A stretch of DNA of 64,000 nt from an uncultured Planctomycetota bacterium. Lineage in GTDB: Bacteria; Planctomycetota; Planctomycetia; Gemmatales; Gemmataceae. Both the position numbers and the translations under genes were made by a program. This document shows positions 30,665 to 44,983 of the stretch, piece by piece; position 1 is the stretch's first letter; every line of letters begins with the position of its first letter. The notes below the pieces were generated by a model. The model did no database searches. It was not told the origin of the DNA and saw only the letters and a program-made list of their open reading frames with translations. Location of the stretch: contig CAWKHF010000012.1 in assembly GCA_963849325.1 (NCBI GenBank), forward strand, positions 512,001 through 576,000. Reading direction: 5' to 3'.

Positions 30665-32355
30665 GAGCGCCAGCCGGGAGGCGAGGGCAACAGATGGCCC
30701 ACCACGACCGCCCGATCCGGTGACGGGTGCCGATTGCGGTCCATGGAGATGACCCCCAATTCTTCCCAGGCGAACGGCAAGGTCGGCCGCCAGCCGGCAT
30801 CGCTATCGAAGCAAAAGTAGAAATCGTCTCGACTCAATAGGTCGCCGCCATGGACCACCGGCGAGAAGGGGTCGATCGGCCCTCCATAGTAATAGGCGAA
30901 AAGGGTGTCAATGGGACCGATACTGACAAGTCGTTGTTGCGGAGGCAATTGTTCTTTCAATCGAGCTACCGCCGTCGCCTGGTCTTCACTCCGCCGGATA
31001 CGGACGTTGGTCAGGATGCCGGTGAAGGTCAAGACCATGAAACAGGCCACCGCGAGGACCACCATGCGCATCCGCACCGGGTCGCCACCCTGCCGGCCCT
31101 TGAGGGTGAGGACGGCCAATCCCGCCGCGGCCACGGCATAAGCAAGGGCGAGCGGCCAGCGCTCGGCCCACGGGCCGAAATACGGATGATCGCGCAGGAA
31201 CATGGCGGCGACAAGGACCGCCAACCCCGCGAAGGCCATGACTCCAGTGAGGAGCCAGGCAAACCCTCGCCAGCCCGCCCGCATGCCGGCCGGCAGCTCC
31301 GCGCACATGCAGCCCTGCACCACGATACCGATCATCACGGCCAGGCACGGATACAGCGGAGCGAAATAGCGTGTTTGGGCCTCGGGTGGGATCCAGCAGG
31401 TCGGGAAGGCGGTCGCCAGACAGAGCGTCAGGAACAGCGTCTGGGGACGGGCATCCCCGAGCGCTCGCCGCAGATCGCGGCTGGCGAAGCCGAACAGGAA
31501 AAGCGACCACGGCAACGTCGATCCCAGCACCTCGATCGGGAATTGTAGTAAATGTCTCGCCACATCCAGCACTTTCCAGTCTCGAAAGCGTCCGGTCGTG
31601 TCGTTCATGAAGATGGCCCACACTTCGGGCCAGCTCGTTCGCAGGGCACAAGGGACCAACCACGCCCAAACGAGCGCCGCACCGACCGCGGCCCCCGTCA
31701 GGTGGGGCAGACGGAATAGACGACGGACCTGTCCGGTCCAGAAAAGATAAAGGCTCACCGGCAGCAGGAAATAGACCGGCGGTTGCGGTCCCTTGCACAG
31801 AATGGCCAGGCCGACCAGGACATAGCTGGCAATCCATGTCCGGGTCTCTGGCCAACCGCGCAGCTGGCCCCAGTGCCACAGGAGCAGGGAGGCGCTGACC
31901 AGGCTGATGAAAATCATTTCCGTTTCGGCCTGGCAGCCGGTCGTGAACATCTCGCCAAAGGTGACGAAGGCGAGGGCGCTCGCCAGGGCACCCGCGCGCG
32001 ACAGACCCGTCCGCGCGTACCCGTAAATCAACAGGGCCGTGGCCAGCATCGCTAGGACTGAGGGAAGCCGAACGGCCCACGGTTGCCGCGAACCGCAAAC
32101 GACCGTGCTCGCCGCGATCAGCCAGTTTTGCAGCGGTGGGCGACTGAGGAAGGGTTGTCCCTGTTCGCGCGGCACGATCCAGTCGCCGCACTGCAACATC
32201 TCGAACGCTACCTGCGCTCGCCGTGATTCCTCGCCGCGCATCGACACGTCGCCGATCCGCACGAAGTACGCCGCGACGACCAGCACGATGACGATGGCGA
32301 CTTCCGGCTCGCGCCACCACGGCCGGCGAACCTCCGCTTCCTGCTTGGTATCCAC
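30643..32355 (-). CDS. ArnT/GT39-family membrane glycosyltransferase
   Basis: EESRRAQVAFEM..GDWIVP, RPPLQNW, VRLPS, LAILCKGP, RYFAPLYP; many TM segments. Confidence 0.85.
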   Translation of the reverse strand: MDTKQEAEVRRPWWREPEVAIVIVLVVAAYFVRIGDVSMRGEESRRAQVAFEMLQCGDWIVPREQGQPFLSRPPLQNWLIAASTVVCGSRQPWAVRLPSVLAMLATALLIYGYARTGLSRAGALASALAFVTFGEMFTTGCQAETEMIFISLVSASLLLWHWGQLRGWPETRTWIASYVLVGLAILCKGPQPPVYFLLPVSLYLFWTGQVRRLFRLPHLTGAAVGAALVWAWLVPCALRTSWPEVWAIFMNDTTGRFRDWKVLDVARHLLQFPIEVLGSTLPWSLFLFGFASRDLRRALGDARPQTLFLTLCLATAFPTCWIPPEAQTRYFAPLYPCLAVMIGIVVQGCMCAELPAGMRAGWRGFAWLLTGVMAFAGLAVLVAAMFLRDHPYFGPWAERWPLALAYAVAAAGLAVLTLKGRQGGDPVRMRMVVLAVACFMVLTFTGILTNVRIRRSEDQATAVARLKEQLPPQQRLVSIGPIDTLFAYYYGGPIDPFSPVVHGGDLLSRDDFYFCFDSDAGWRPTLPFAWEELGVISMDRNRHPSPDRAVVVGHLLPSPPGWRSYPSLKR

Positions 32356-32529
32356 GGTGTCTTCCGTTAACAGAACCACAAAACGGAATCTGTTCAGGAC
32401 ATCGGCAAGAAATGCTCCCCATCTTGGGTAAAAAAGACAGAACAACCGCGAAAACGATGAGAAAAAGGAGCAGCCGGTCTTGTCCCAGCTGCTCCCCGTG
32501 CCCCCCTGATGGCCTGTGCGCCGAGAGCG

Positions 32530-33069
32530 TCACTTGGCCTCTTTTTTCTCTTTTTCCAGTTTGCATATCTTCTGGGCCGTCTCCAGATGCATCTTCAGCA
32601 CCGAAAGCGTCTTGCCGGCCCAGGACTTTAACGCTTCATCTTCGCCGTCCTTGGATTCCTTCTCGAAGAGTTTGACCGCTTCCTCGTGGTCCTTCACCAT
32701 GCCCTCCATGTAGGCGTGGTCGAAGGCGGGACCGTCCATGGTGGACAGTTTCTCGAATAGTTTCTTGTGCTTCTCGTCCATCGTGTTGGCGGCGATCAGA
32801 CCCTTGCTATTGGCCAACCCCAGAAGTTCCCGGTTCGCTCTACCGTGGTCGGCGATCATGCGCCGAGCAAACTGTTTCACCTCGGCACGGTGGCCGCGAG
32901 TCACCGCCAGATTGCTGAGGTTGACCTCGGCCATGCCCGCGGCCGACGCCTTCTTCACGAAGTGCTTGTCGCCGCCCTCTTTCTTCTCGTCGGCGGCCGA
33001 AGAGAGGCCTGACCAGACGGCGAGACCCACCAAGACCATCAATCCTGCCGCCATCTTCATCCGGTTCAT
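32530..33069 (-). CDS. DUF4142 domain secreted protein
   Basis: Signal peptide; FVKKASAAGMAEV, FARRMIADH, FDHAYMEGMVKDH. Confidence 0.88.
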   Translation of the reverse strand: MNRMKMAAGLMVLVGLAVWSGLSSAADEKKEGGDKHFVKKASAAGMAEVNLSNLAVTRGHRAEVKQFARRMIADHGRANRELLGLANSKGLIAANTMDEKHKKLFEKLSTMDGPAFDHAYMEGMVKDHEEAVKLFEKESKDGEDEALKSWAGKTLSVLKMHLETAQKICKLEKEKKEAK

Positions 33070-33353
33070 ACTTCCTCCCATTCCCCTTCTTTCGGTTGAC
33101 GCATCCTTCTCCGTCCGGCGACAACCTCACGTTCCCGGCCGCGGACGGCGCTCTCCCGAACTTTCAACCGTGCAACACGGAAGAGCAACGAAATGGTCTC
33201 GGCCAGGTCCGTCTCGGGTTTGCCGACTGCCGAGATCGCAGGACCGAATAGGACTTCCTCAAGAGGCTTCGCTTCCGTTTCGCTCATGTCTCTCTCCAGA
33301 GACGCTCTGTCCTTCCCACCTCTGCATGACTCCTGCGGACGCGCGATATTTGT

Positions 33354-33369
33354 TGCAAATGAAGTGCCG
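33354..33369 (-). promoter_or_regulatory. Sigma54 (-24/-12) promoter candidate upstream of the DUF4142 gene
   Basis: CGGCAC-TTCAT-TTGCA on the minus strand (GG-N10-GC). Confidence 0.7.
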
Positions 33370-33556
33370 CCTCCAAACGATGCCATCGGGGATCGAGAAC
33401 GTGGACCATGCGTCGACGCGGGAGAACGAAACTGCCATACGGCGAGCACGGCTTTGCGTATCGAATTCCAAACGGATCCCGTGACCTGAACCTCGACTGT
33501 TGGGGACCGGCACAGGGCCGCGTCGCCGAAACACTGAGGCTCAGCGGCGGAGCGGC

Positions 33557-34810
33557 TCAGGGATTCTTGGGCAAGCTCACGATGAACTCGGCATAGCTCC
33601 CTGTCTCGGACTCCACGCGCAACGATCCCTTGTGCATCCGCACAACGATGTCGTAGCTGATCGAAAGTCCCAGGCCGGTGCCGGCGCCGGCGGGCTTCGT
33701 GGTGAAAAAGGGAGTAAAGATCTTCTCGCGCAGATCGAGCGGAACGCCATCGCCGTTGTCCCAAAACCGTATCTCAACGGCGTCGGCCAGGTCGCACGTC
33801 CGCACCACCACGCGCGGCTGAAACGACGAGTCAGCCGTCTGCCGTTTATGGTGCGCGGCGTACAGGGCGTTATCCATGAGGTTAAGGACAACTCGGCTCA
33901 GGTCTTGCGGCGATACCTCTATTAGCGGCAGGTTGCGATCCAACTCGGTCTGGATGGCCACAAAAAACGTGATGTCCCGGCCGCGCATCCCGTGGTAGGC
34001 GAGGTTGACGGACTCGCTCACCAGGGCGTTGAGGTCCGTTCGCTGACGCGGTCCAGGCTGACTGCGGGCGTGCAGGAGCATGGCGCGCACGATGTGATCG
34101 GCGCGCTGGCCGTGCTCCTCGATCTTGGCCACGTTTTGTTCGAGGGCGCTCAGCAACTCCTCTATCTCGCCGCTGCTCCCCAGGGACCCGCGCAGCTCGC
34201 GCACTTGCTCGACGGCCAGCTGAGCGAAATTCGTCACGAAGTTGAGAGGGTTGCGGATTTCGTGGGCGATGCCGGCTGTCAACGCTCCCAGCGACGCCAA
34301 CTTCTCGTGGGCCACCAGGCGATCCTGGGTGGCCTTCAACTGCTGCAAGGCCCGCTCCAACTCCTCGGAACGGCGGCGCTCGGCATCGCGCAGCCGCTTC
34401 TTGTCCAGCCAGGCGTTGATGCGAGCGGTCAGAATGATCGGGTCGAGGGGCTTGGTCAGGTAATCCTCCGCTCCCTCCTCGATGCAACGGACGACGTTGC
34501 CCACTTCGTCCAGGCCCGAGACCATGATGACCGGGATTTCGCGTAACGGAGCATCGGCCTTGATCTCGCGCAGGGCCGTCACGCCGTCCATCTCCGGCAT
34601 CAGGACGTCCAGGAGCACGAGGTCAAAGGGACGTTGGCGCAGCAGCGCCAGCGCCTGCCGGCCATTCTCGGCGGCGGTGACGTCGTGGCCGAGTAGGGTC
34701 AGAAGCTGGGCCAGGGTTTGCCGGCTGGCGACGTGATCGTCGGCGATGAGGATGGAGCCGGCGGGACCGGAGCGCGGCTCCGCGTCGGAGGGTGGGGGAG
34801 GGATGGTCAT
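33557..34810 (-). CDS. Hybrid receiver-histidine kinase (NtrB-like)
   Basis: REC ADD...DVLMPEMDG...[26 protein letters not shown]. Confidence 0.92.
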   Translation of the reverse strand: MTIPPPPSDAEPRSGPAGSILIADDHVASRQTLAQLLTLLGHDVTAAENGRQALALLRQRPFDLVLLDVLMPEMDGVTALREIKADAPLREIPVIMVSGLDEVGNVVRCIEEGAEDYLTKPLDPIILTARINAWLDKKRLRDAERRRSEELERALQQLKATQDRLVAHEKLASLGALTAGIAHEIRNPLNFVTNFAQLAVEQVRELRGSLGSSGEIEELLSALEQNVAKIEEHGQRADHIVRAMLLHARSQPGPRQRTDLNALVSESVNLAYHGMRGRDITFFVAIQTELDRNLPLIEVSPQDLSRVVLNLMDNALYAAHHKRQTADSSFQPRVVVRTCDLADAVEIRFWDNGDGVPLDLREKIFTPFFTTKPAGAGTGLGLSISYDIVVRMHKGSLRVESETGSYAEFIVSLPKNP

Positions 34811-35990
34811 GACCCATTTCCCCTCCCGTGCATCGTTGGTCCGCGATAGTGAACGGCCAGGGCGGTAACGTCGTCGGACGGGGCGGCCCCGTCGGTGAAG
34901 TGCTGGACGGCCTGGACGACGTGAGCGATCAACGCTTCGGGTCCGACGCCGGAAGCCTCGCGCAAGACCGCCTGCAAGCGCGGCGCGGAGAACTGTTCCT
35001 GTCGCGGGTTCATGGCCTCGGGGATGCCGTCGGTGTACAGGAAAAGTTGGTCGCCCGGATGGAACCGGACGCTCCGCGTCTCGTAGGCCGCTTCGGGCAG
35101 GACGCCAACTATCAATCCGCCGCCGCCAAGCTCCTCGAGCGCGGCCCCATCGCGCAGCAGCAACGGGGGATTGTGGCCGGCGTTCGTGTAACGCAGTTCG
35201 CCGCCGACCGCGTCGAATACGCCATAGAACAGGGTCACGAATCGCTCGGCCGAGCTATCGCGCAGCAGGAGCCGATTGACTTCTTCCAGACATGGCCCGG
35301 GGGTTGGGTTGCGTCGGGCGCAGGCGCGCAGCAGCGTGCGCGTCACCACCATGAGCAGGGCGGCCGGCATCCCCTTGCCCGACACGTCGCCGATCACAAT
35401 GCCCAGTCGGCCATCCGGCAGGGAGAAATAATCGTAGAAGTCGCCGCCGACGACACGGGCCGGGACCATGGCGGCGTGCAGGACAAAGTCGGCACGCTCG
35501 ACGTCGGTAGTCGTCGTCGGCAGGAAGGAGCGCTGGATGGCAGCGGCGATTTCCAGCTCGCGTTCCAGGGTCATCAGTCGATCGCGGTCGGCGACGGCGT
35601 TGCGCTGGCGGCGCACGTGATCGATCGTCTTTTGCAGCGTCACCTCGAAGTCGTGGAAGTCAATCGGCTTGGTGAGGAAATCGAACGCTCCCCGGTTCAT
35701 GGCCGAACGGATGTTGGCCATGTCGCCGTAGGCGGAAACGACGACGGTGGCCGGCGGGTTCGGCCGTTCGTGCAGCCGGGCCAACAGCGTTAGTCCATCC
35801 ATCACCGGCATATTGATGTCCGTGAGCACGACCTCGATGTTCGGGTCGGCCCGCAATGCCGCTAGCGCCTCCTCGCCATTGCCGCGAACCGAAAGTCGAA
35901 GGCCCCCTCGCGCATCTCGCGGCGAAAGCGCTGGCGGATCAGCAATTCGACATCCGCCTCATCATCGACGATCAGGATGTTGGTCGGCAT
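34807..35990 (-). CDS. Receiver + SpoIIE/PP2C phosphatase (RsbU-like), frameshift near 35885
   Basis: MPTNILIVDDE in another frame, TDINMP; GGDFYD, GDVSGKG, YTDG, SDDVT. Confidence 0.88.
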
Positions 35991-36032
35991 GAGCAACCCG
36001 GAATAACTTCGGATGAGCCGGGCCATAACTGT

Positions 36033-36097
36033 GTTTCGCCGCGACGCGCAGCGGAGCGCGAGACTCTCTCGCGCTCCGCTGCGCGTCGCGGCGAAAC
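36033..36097. repeat. REP-like palindrome family C
   Basis: GTTTCGCCGCGACGCGCAGCGGAGCGCGAGA...TCTCGCGCTCCGCTGCGCGTCGCGGCGAAAC. Confidence 0.88.
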
Positions 36098-36121
36098 GGA
36101 AGTCCTTGCAGCGCCGCGCGC

Positions 36122-37053
36122 TTACCCGCTGACGACGGCAAGTTTCGCCTCAGCCGGAGCCTGAGCGGGGCTTGCTATCTCGGCCTCGGCATGATGGGTC
36201 ATCGCCTGGGGGGAAGTCGCGTCGAGGAAGCGAGCGACCACCGCCGTGATGTTGTCCGAACCCCCCGCCTCGTTCGCCGCGGCAATCAAACGCCGGCACG
36301 TCTCCGCGGCGCTGCCCCCCTCGCGGAGCGGAGCGAGAAGTTGCTCATCGTGCAGCCGCGCCGTCAGCCCGTCGGAGCAAAGCAGCAACGTATCTCCGAC
36401 AGCAAGAGTCGCTTTATAGACTTCCGGGGTCAGGTGGCCCGAGCCGCCGCCCAGGCAACTCCAAAGGACGTGGCTCCAGCGCGAACGCGGCGCTTCCTCA
36501 GGGGCCAACACACCGCGATCGACCAATTGCTGGGCCATCGTCTGGTCTCGGGTGATCTGTTCCAGCTTGGGAGGGCGAAAGAGGTAACCCCGACTGTCGC
36601 CGACGTGGACCACGTACAGCTGCGGCCACAGGATGTAGGCCATGGTCAGCGTCGTCCCCATGCCGCGCCGCTCGGGGCGGGCCGCGGTGGCGGCTTCGAG
36701 GCTCCGCTGACACGCCTCCATCACGCTTTTCAGTTCTTCCTGCAGGTCGTTGTCCGGGTGCGCGTCTCTTGCAGGTGGTAGAACCAGGGCATGGTGTTGA
36801 GGACGTAATGTTCGAGCGCCTGCACGGCGATGGCGCTGGCCTGTTGGCCCGCCGCATGGCCGCCCATGCCGTCGGCCACCAGCAGCAGGGCACCCTGGGA
36901 GCCGCCGAACAGGCGCGTGTGATCGTCCTGGGAGAGGCTGGTTTGATGGACGAGCATGGACCTATTGAGATCGGCAATGAGGAATTGGTCCTCGTTGTTC
37001 TCGCGTACTCGTCCGACGTCCGTCATTCCGAAGCAATCCATCTTACATCGCAT
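36122..37053 (-). CDS. PP2C Ser/Thr protein phosphatase, frameshift near 36760
   Basis: AGGAGG RBS; RENNED, VADGMGG, GMGTT, VGDSR, CSDGL, DNIT. Confidence 0.9.
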
Positions 37054-37093
37054 GGCAGACCTCCTGTTTCCACGGCAGAGCCGAGAACAGATG

Positions 37094-37109
37094 AGCAAAC
37101 GCGATGCCG
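37094..37109 (-). promoter_or_regulatory. Sigma54 promoter candidate upstream of the PP2C gene
   Basis: CGGCAT-CGCGT-TTGCT on the minus strand, about 40 nt before the ATG. Confidence 0.65.
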
Positions 37110-37225
37110 CTCTCGACGCTCGCCGTCCGTGCGCGGCCTTTTCGGCGGCGGAGATAGGCAACGGCCTGGCGATGGAGTAGCATGGGGAGAGTTTTTTCGG
37201 GCCGGGTCGCGGAACGAGAACGATC

Positions 37226-39414
37226 ATGTTCAAGAATACACCGTTCGCGCTGATGAAGTTTGTGGCCAAGGCCGCCCTCAACGTGGCGGGGTTCGGCGTC
37301 GCCGGCGAGTTGGCCGTGGACGTGCTGCCGGAAGTGGCCCGCGACGTGTGGAACTGGTGGGGCAAGGACAAGAAGCCGGACCAGCTTCGGGCCGAGGTCC
37401 GGCAAGTGGCCGAGCTGACACCCGCGGAGGCGCGGCGACAGGCGGAGCAGGTGGTCGCCGAGGAAGCGGCCGAGCAGCCCGAAGCCGTCCGCAAGGCGCT
37501 GACGGCGTATCTCTCCCAGGTGCCCGCCGCCATTCGACAATCGCAGCGCTGTCCCGCCGACCCGAGCGGCCGCACGCTGCTGGGACTGTCGCTGATCCAG
37601 TCCGACGACGTGCTGCAACTTCTGCCGGCCCAGCTGCCGCGCTTCCAGCCCGGCGACCGTCCGCCGGGCATCGGCGATTGGGAACTGGAGGAATTGCTCG
37701 GCGTCGGCGGCTTCGGCGAGGTATGGCGGGCCCGCAATCCGCACCTGACCGAGCCGGTCGCCTTGAAGTTCTGTCTCGATGCCAGGGCGGCGCAATGGCT
37801 GCGACACGAGGCCGCCCTGCTCGGCCGCGTCATGTCCCAGGGCAAGCATCCCGGCATCGTGCCGCTGCTGGATACCTATCTCAATGGCGATCCTCCTTGC
37901 CTTAAATATGAATACGTGGCGGGCGGCGATCTGTCGGGACTGATCGCCCAGTGGCGTCATTCGCCGCCTAGCGATGCCGTCGGCGCGTGTACTCGGCTGA
38001 TGCATGAGTTAGCGGACGTGGTGTCGTTCGCTCACCAGCTCGACCCGCCGATCGTCCACCGCGATCTGAAGCCGGCCAACATCCTGCTCCAGCCGTCCGG
38101 AGACGGCGGTATGCGCGCCCGCGTTGCCGACTTCGGCATCGGCGGCATCGCGGCGCGGCAGGCCCACGAACAGGCGACGCGCGGAGTGACGCGCGGCGCC
38201 TTTCTGGCGACGGCGCTGCGCGGCGCTTGTACGCCGCTGTACGCCTCGCCGCAGCAGCAGCGCGGCGAAGGTCCTGATCCACGCGACGACGTGTACGCCC
38301 TGGGCGTCATCTGGTATCAGATGCTGACCGGCGATTTGTTGACCGGGGCCTCGGCCGATTGGCGCGAGGAGATCGAGGACCGGCGTGTGCCCGAAGACGC
38401 TCTGCGTTTACTGGGCGCCTGCCTGGCCTCGAAGGCGGACAAACGCCCGCTCAACGCCGCCGTGTTGGCCCACGAACTCGCCGGCCTGTGCCATCCCGCC
38501 TCGCAGTCGGAGCCGTCGGCCCGGCCTGCCGCGATCGTGCCTTCACCCGCAACGGCGGCACCATTGATCCCGCGTGTAGTGACATCGAAGCCGAAGCCGA
38601 TCGCGCGACCGAGTTCGGCGCTGCCGCGGCAGATTACCAACATTCTCGGCATGAAATTCGTTCTGATTCCGGCGGGCACGTTCGTCATGGGCTCACCGCC
38701 CGACGAGGCCGGCCGCACCGCCGACGAGGGGCCGCAGCACGAGGTCACCATCACGCGGCCCTTCTACCTCGGCGTCTACCCGGTGACGCAGATGCAGTAT
38801 CAGCTCATCCTGAAGACCAACCCCAGCCACTTCGCCGCAGCGGTCGCGGCAAGGACCAGGTCAAGGACATGGAAACGCGGAACGCTCCCGTCGAGCGCGT
38901 CACCTGGGGCAACGCGGTCGTCTTTTGTCGCAAACTGTCCGAGCGGCCCGAGGAGCAGCACGAGGGCCGCGTCTATCGCCTGCCAACGGAAGCCGAGTGG
39001 GAGTATGCTTGTCGTGCCGACTCGCCGCAGCCGTTCCACCTGGGGCTGTCGCTGTCCTCCACCCTGGCGAACTTCGATGGCAACTATCCCTATGGGGGAG
39101 CGCCGCGCGGGCCGTTTCTGCGGCGAACCACGGTGGTTGGCTCGTACCCGGCCAACGTCTTCGGCCTGCACGATCTACACGGCAATGTCTGGGAGTGGTG
39201 CCAGGATTGGTACGCCGAGCATTATTACCAGGAGAGTCCGGCGGAAGATCCGCCGGGACCGGCCAACGGTGATCGGCGTGTCCTGCGCGGCGGCTGCTGG
39301 AGCAGCCCCGGAAGCAACTGCCGCACCGCCTACCGCGGCAAGCTCGAACCCGGAGACCATCTCTATCGCGTCGGCTTTCGCGTGCTCCTGGAAGTCGGGG
39401 GAGAAAAGAATTAA
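37226..39414 (+). CDS. Ser/Thr protein kinase fused to an FGE/SUMF1 domain, frameshift near 38840
   Basis: GVGGFGEV, HRDLKPAN, DFG; FVMGS, RLPTEAEWEYACR, NVFGLHDLHGNVWEW, GFR. Confidence 0.9.
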
Positions 39415-39477
39415 CCTTCTGGGCGAACGGCCGGCGTCAGCCGGCTGGGTAACCGTTCACGGGCCGAAGCGCCAAGT

Positions 39478-40255
39478 CTAACGGGCTTGGATCTTCTCAA
39501 CCAGATGGAGGAACACGTCCACGTTGGGGAACGAGGTCACAGGAACGTCGATCAACGGTTTTTTCTTGCCGGAGACATCGTACCCTGAGCTGGTAATTGA
39601 GTCCCTTGTTGTCCTCAATGGCAACGCTTTGCACCTCACTCCAGGGAGTCAGCTCCCCCTTCGTTTGCAGGCCGTGCCGATCGAGCTTGACATATTTGAA
39701 ATGGACGGCCTGACCCTGGGAGAGATCTGCCTCGCCTTCGCCGATCAGTCTACGAACCACTTGGTCCTTGACGGCCCGAGAAATGGTCGCGGGATCCTTG
39801 AAGATCACATCAATGGACGCCTTTTTTCCGTTCCTGAGTCGGAAGTAAATCTGGTGCCCGGTCGAGACGCCGTTGATGATGACATTCTTTTCGTAGTACT
39901 CGGAAATGGCCTGCCAGGGGATCCAGCGCGAGGATCTCCGCTTGCGAATCAGAATGCCGTTTTGACAAAGAAGCAAGCGCCAGCGCCGTGCCGATAACGC
40001 CAGGATCCAGCCCACCAGAAAGGGCGTGGCCAGGCCAAGCAGCAGCACGGTTCCGACGATGATAGCGGTGAAGCGGACGCCGCGGAAATCCCAGTCCCAC
40101 TTCGTCAACATGGCAATCCAGGGAACGACGAAAAAGGCGGCTACCACGGGCATGAGCACGAGTAGCATTTTGTGCGTGCCCGAGCCTGTTTCAAATTCGG
40201 CCAGCGTGTTACCGGTTTCAGAGATTGGCGGCGTCGTGCTGTCGGCTGTGCCCAT
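39478..40255 (-). CDS. Cargo membrane protein (DUF6585-like), probable frameshift near 39570
   Basis: Two N-terminal TM helices, IPWQAI and PWSEV PH-like motifs; adjacent frame ends FPNVDVFLHLVEKIQAR-TAG; lower GC. Confidence 0.6.
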
Positions 40256-40403
40256 GAATCACCTCAATAGCATAAGGCCACAATCCAAGTATTCGTTCAT
40301 GATCCCTTTTAAAGTCACGCGGCAAGAGCGGCTGTTGGAGCGTTCAACAGAGACGGAACGGCGCACCTTTGGGCGACAGCGGCGACGCATTCCGTTAGGT
40401 AAC

Positions 40404-40537
40404 TACTAACCGTTGCATAAAGAACTAAACCCACATTCGGGAGACGGAAACGAGAAAAGCCTTGAATGCCGGGAAAACGGCCTTCCCGATAACTCAGGGC
40501 GTTTTTGTCCGTTCAATTCTTTTTGCAACGGTTAGTA
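40404..40537. mobile_element. 134-bp MITE nested inside the cargo element
   Basis: TIRs TACTAACCGTTGCA(T/A)AAAGAA, 20/21 match. Confidence 0.75.
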
Positions 40538-40765
40538 ATGGCGCTCACAGACTTCATGGGCTGACCACCTAACGACGAAGTTCAGCGGCCGACGGGGCCG
40601 GCCGGCCTCTCGCCCGGTCTGGTCATTCTATGGTTCGGGCACGCCCGGACCTTCTTTTGGGCCTTCCTTATGTCTGTACGCCTGTCGCTCCCCCCGGCCG
40701 GTGAACGGTTACGCCGGCTGGTATGGGCCGCACCAGCCGGCTGACGCCGGCCGTTCGCCATTCGA

Positions 40766-44979
<4,214 letters not shown>

Positions 44980-44983
<4 letters not shown>

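Larger units (their letters stand above)
39449..40712. mobile_element. Non-autonomous cargo-carrying element with IS66-like ends
   Basis: 18-bp TIRs GTAACCGTTCAC(G/C)GGCCG (17/18 match); 9-bp direct repeat GCCGGCTGG at 39440-39448 and 40713-40721; no transposase ORF. Confidence 0.8.
39422..40759. repeat. REP-like palindrome family D split by an insertion
   Basis: 27-bp perfect IR GGCGAACGGCCGGCGTCAGCCGGCTGG at 39422-39448 / 40733-40759. Confidence 0.85.

Noticed and set aside
40342-40400. 59-bp attC (GTTCAAC...GTTAGGT)
   Set aside because: The boundaries fit RYYYAAC/GTTRRRY, but the inner L boxes do not pair in register.
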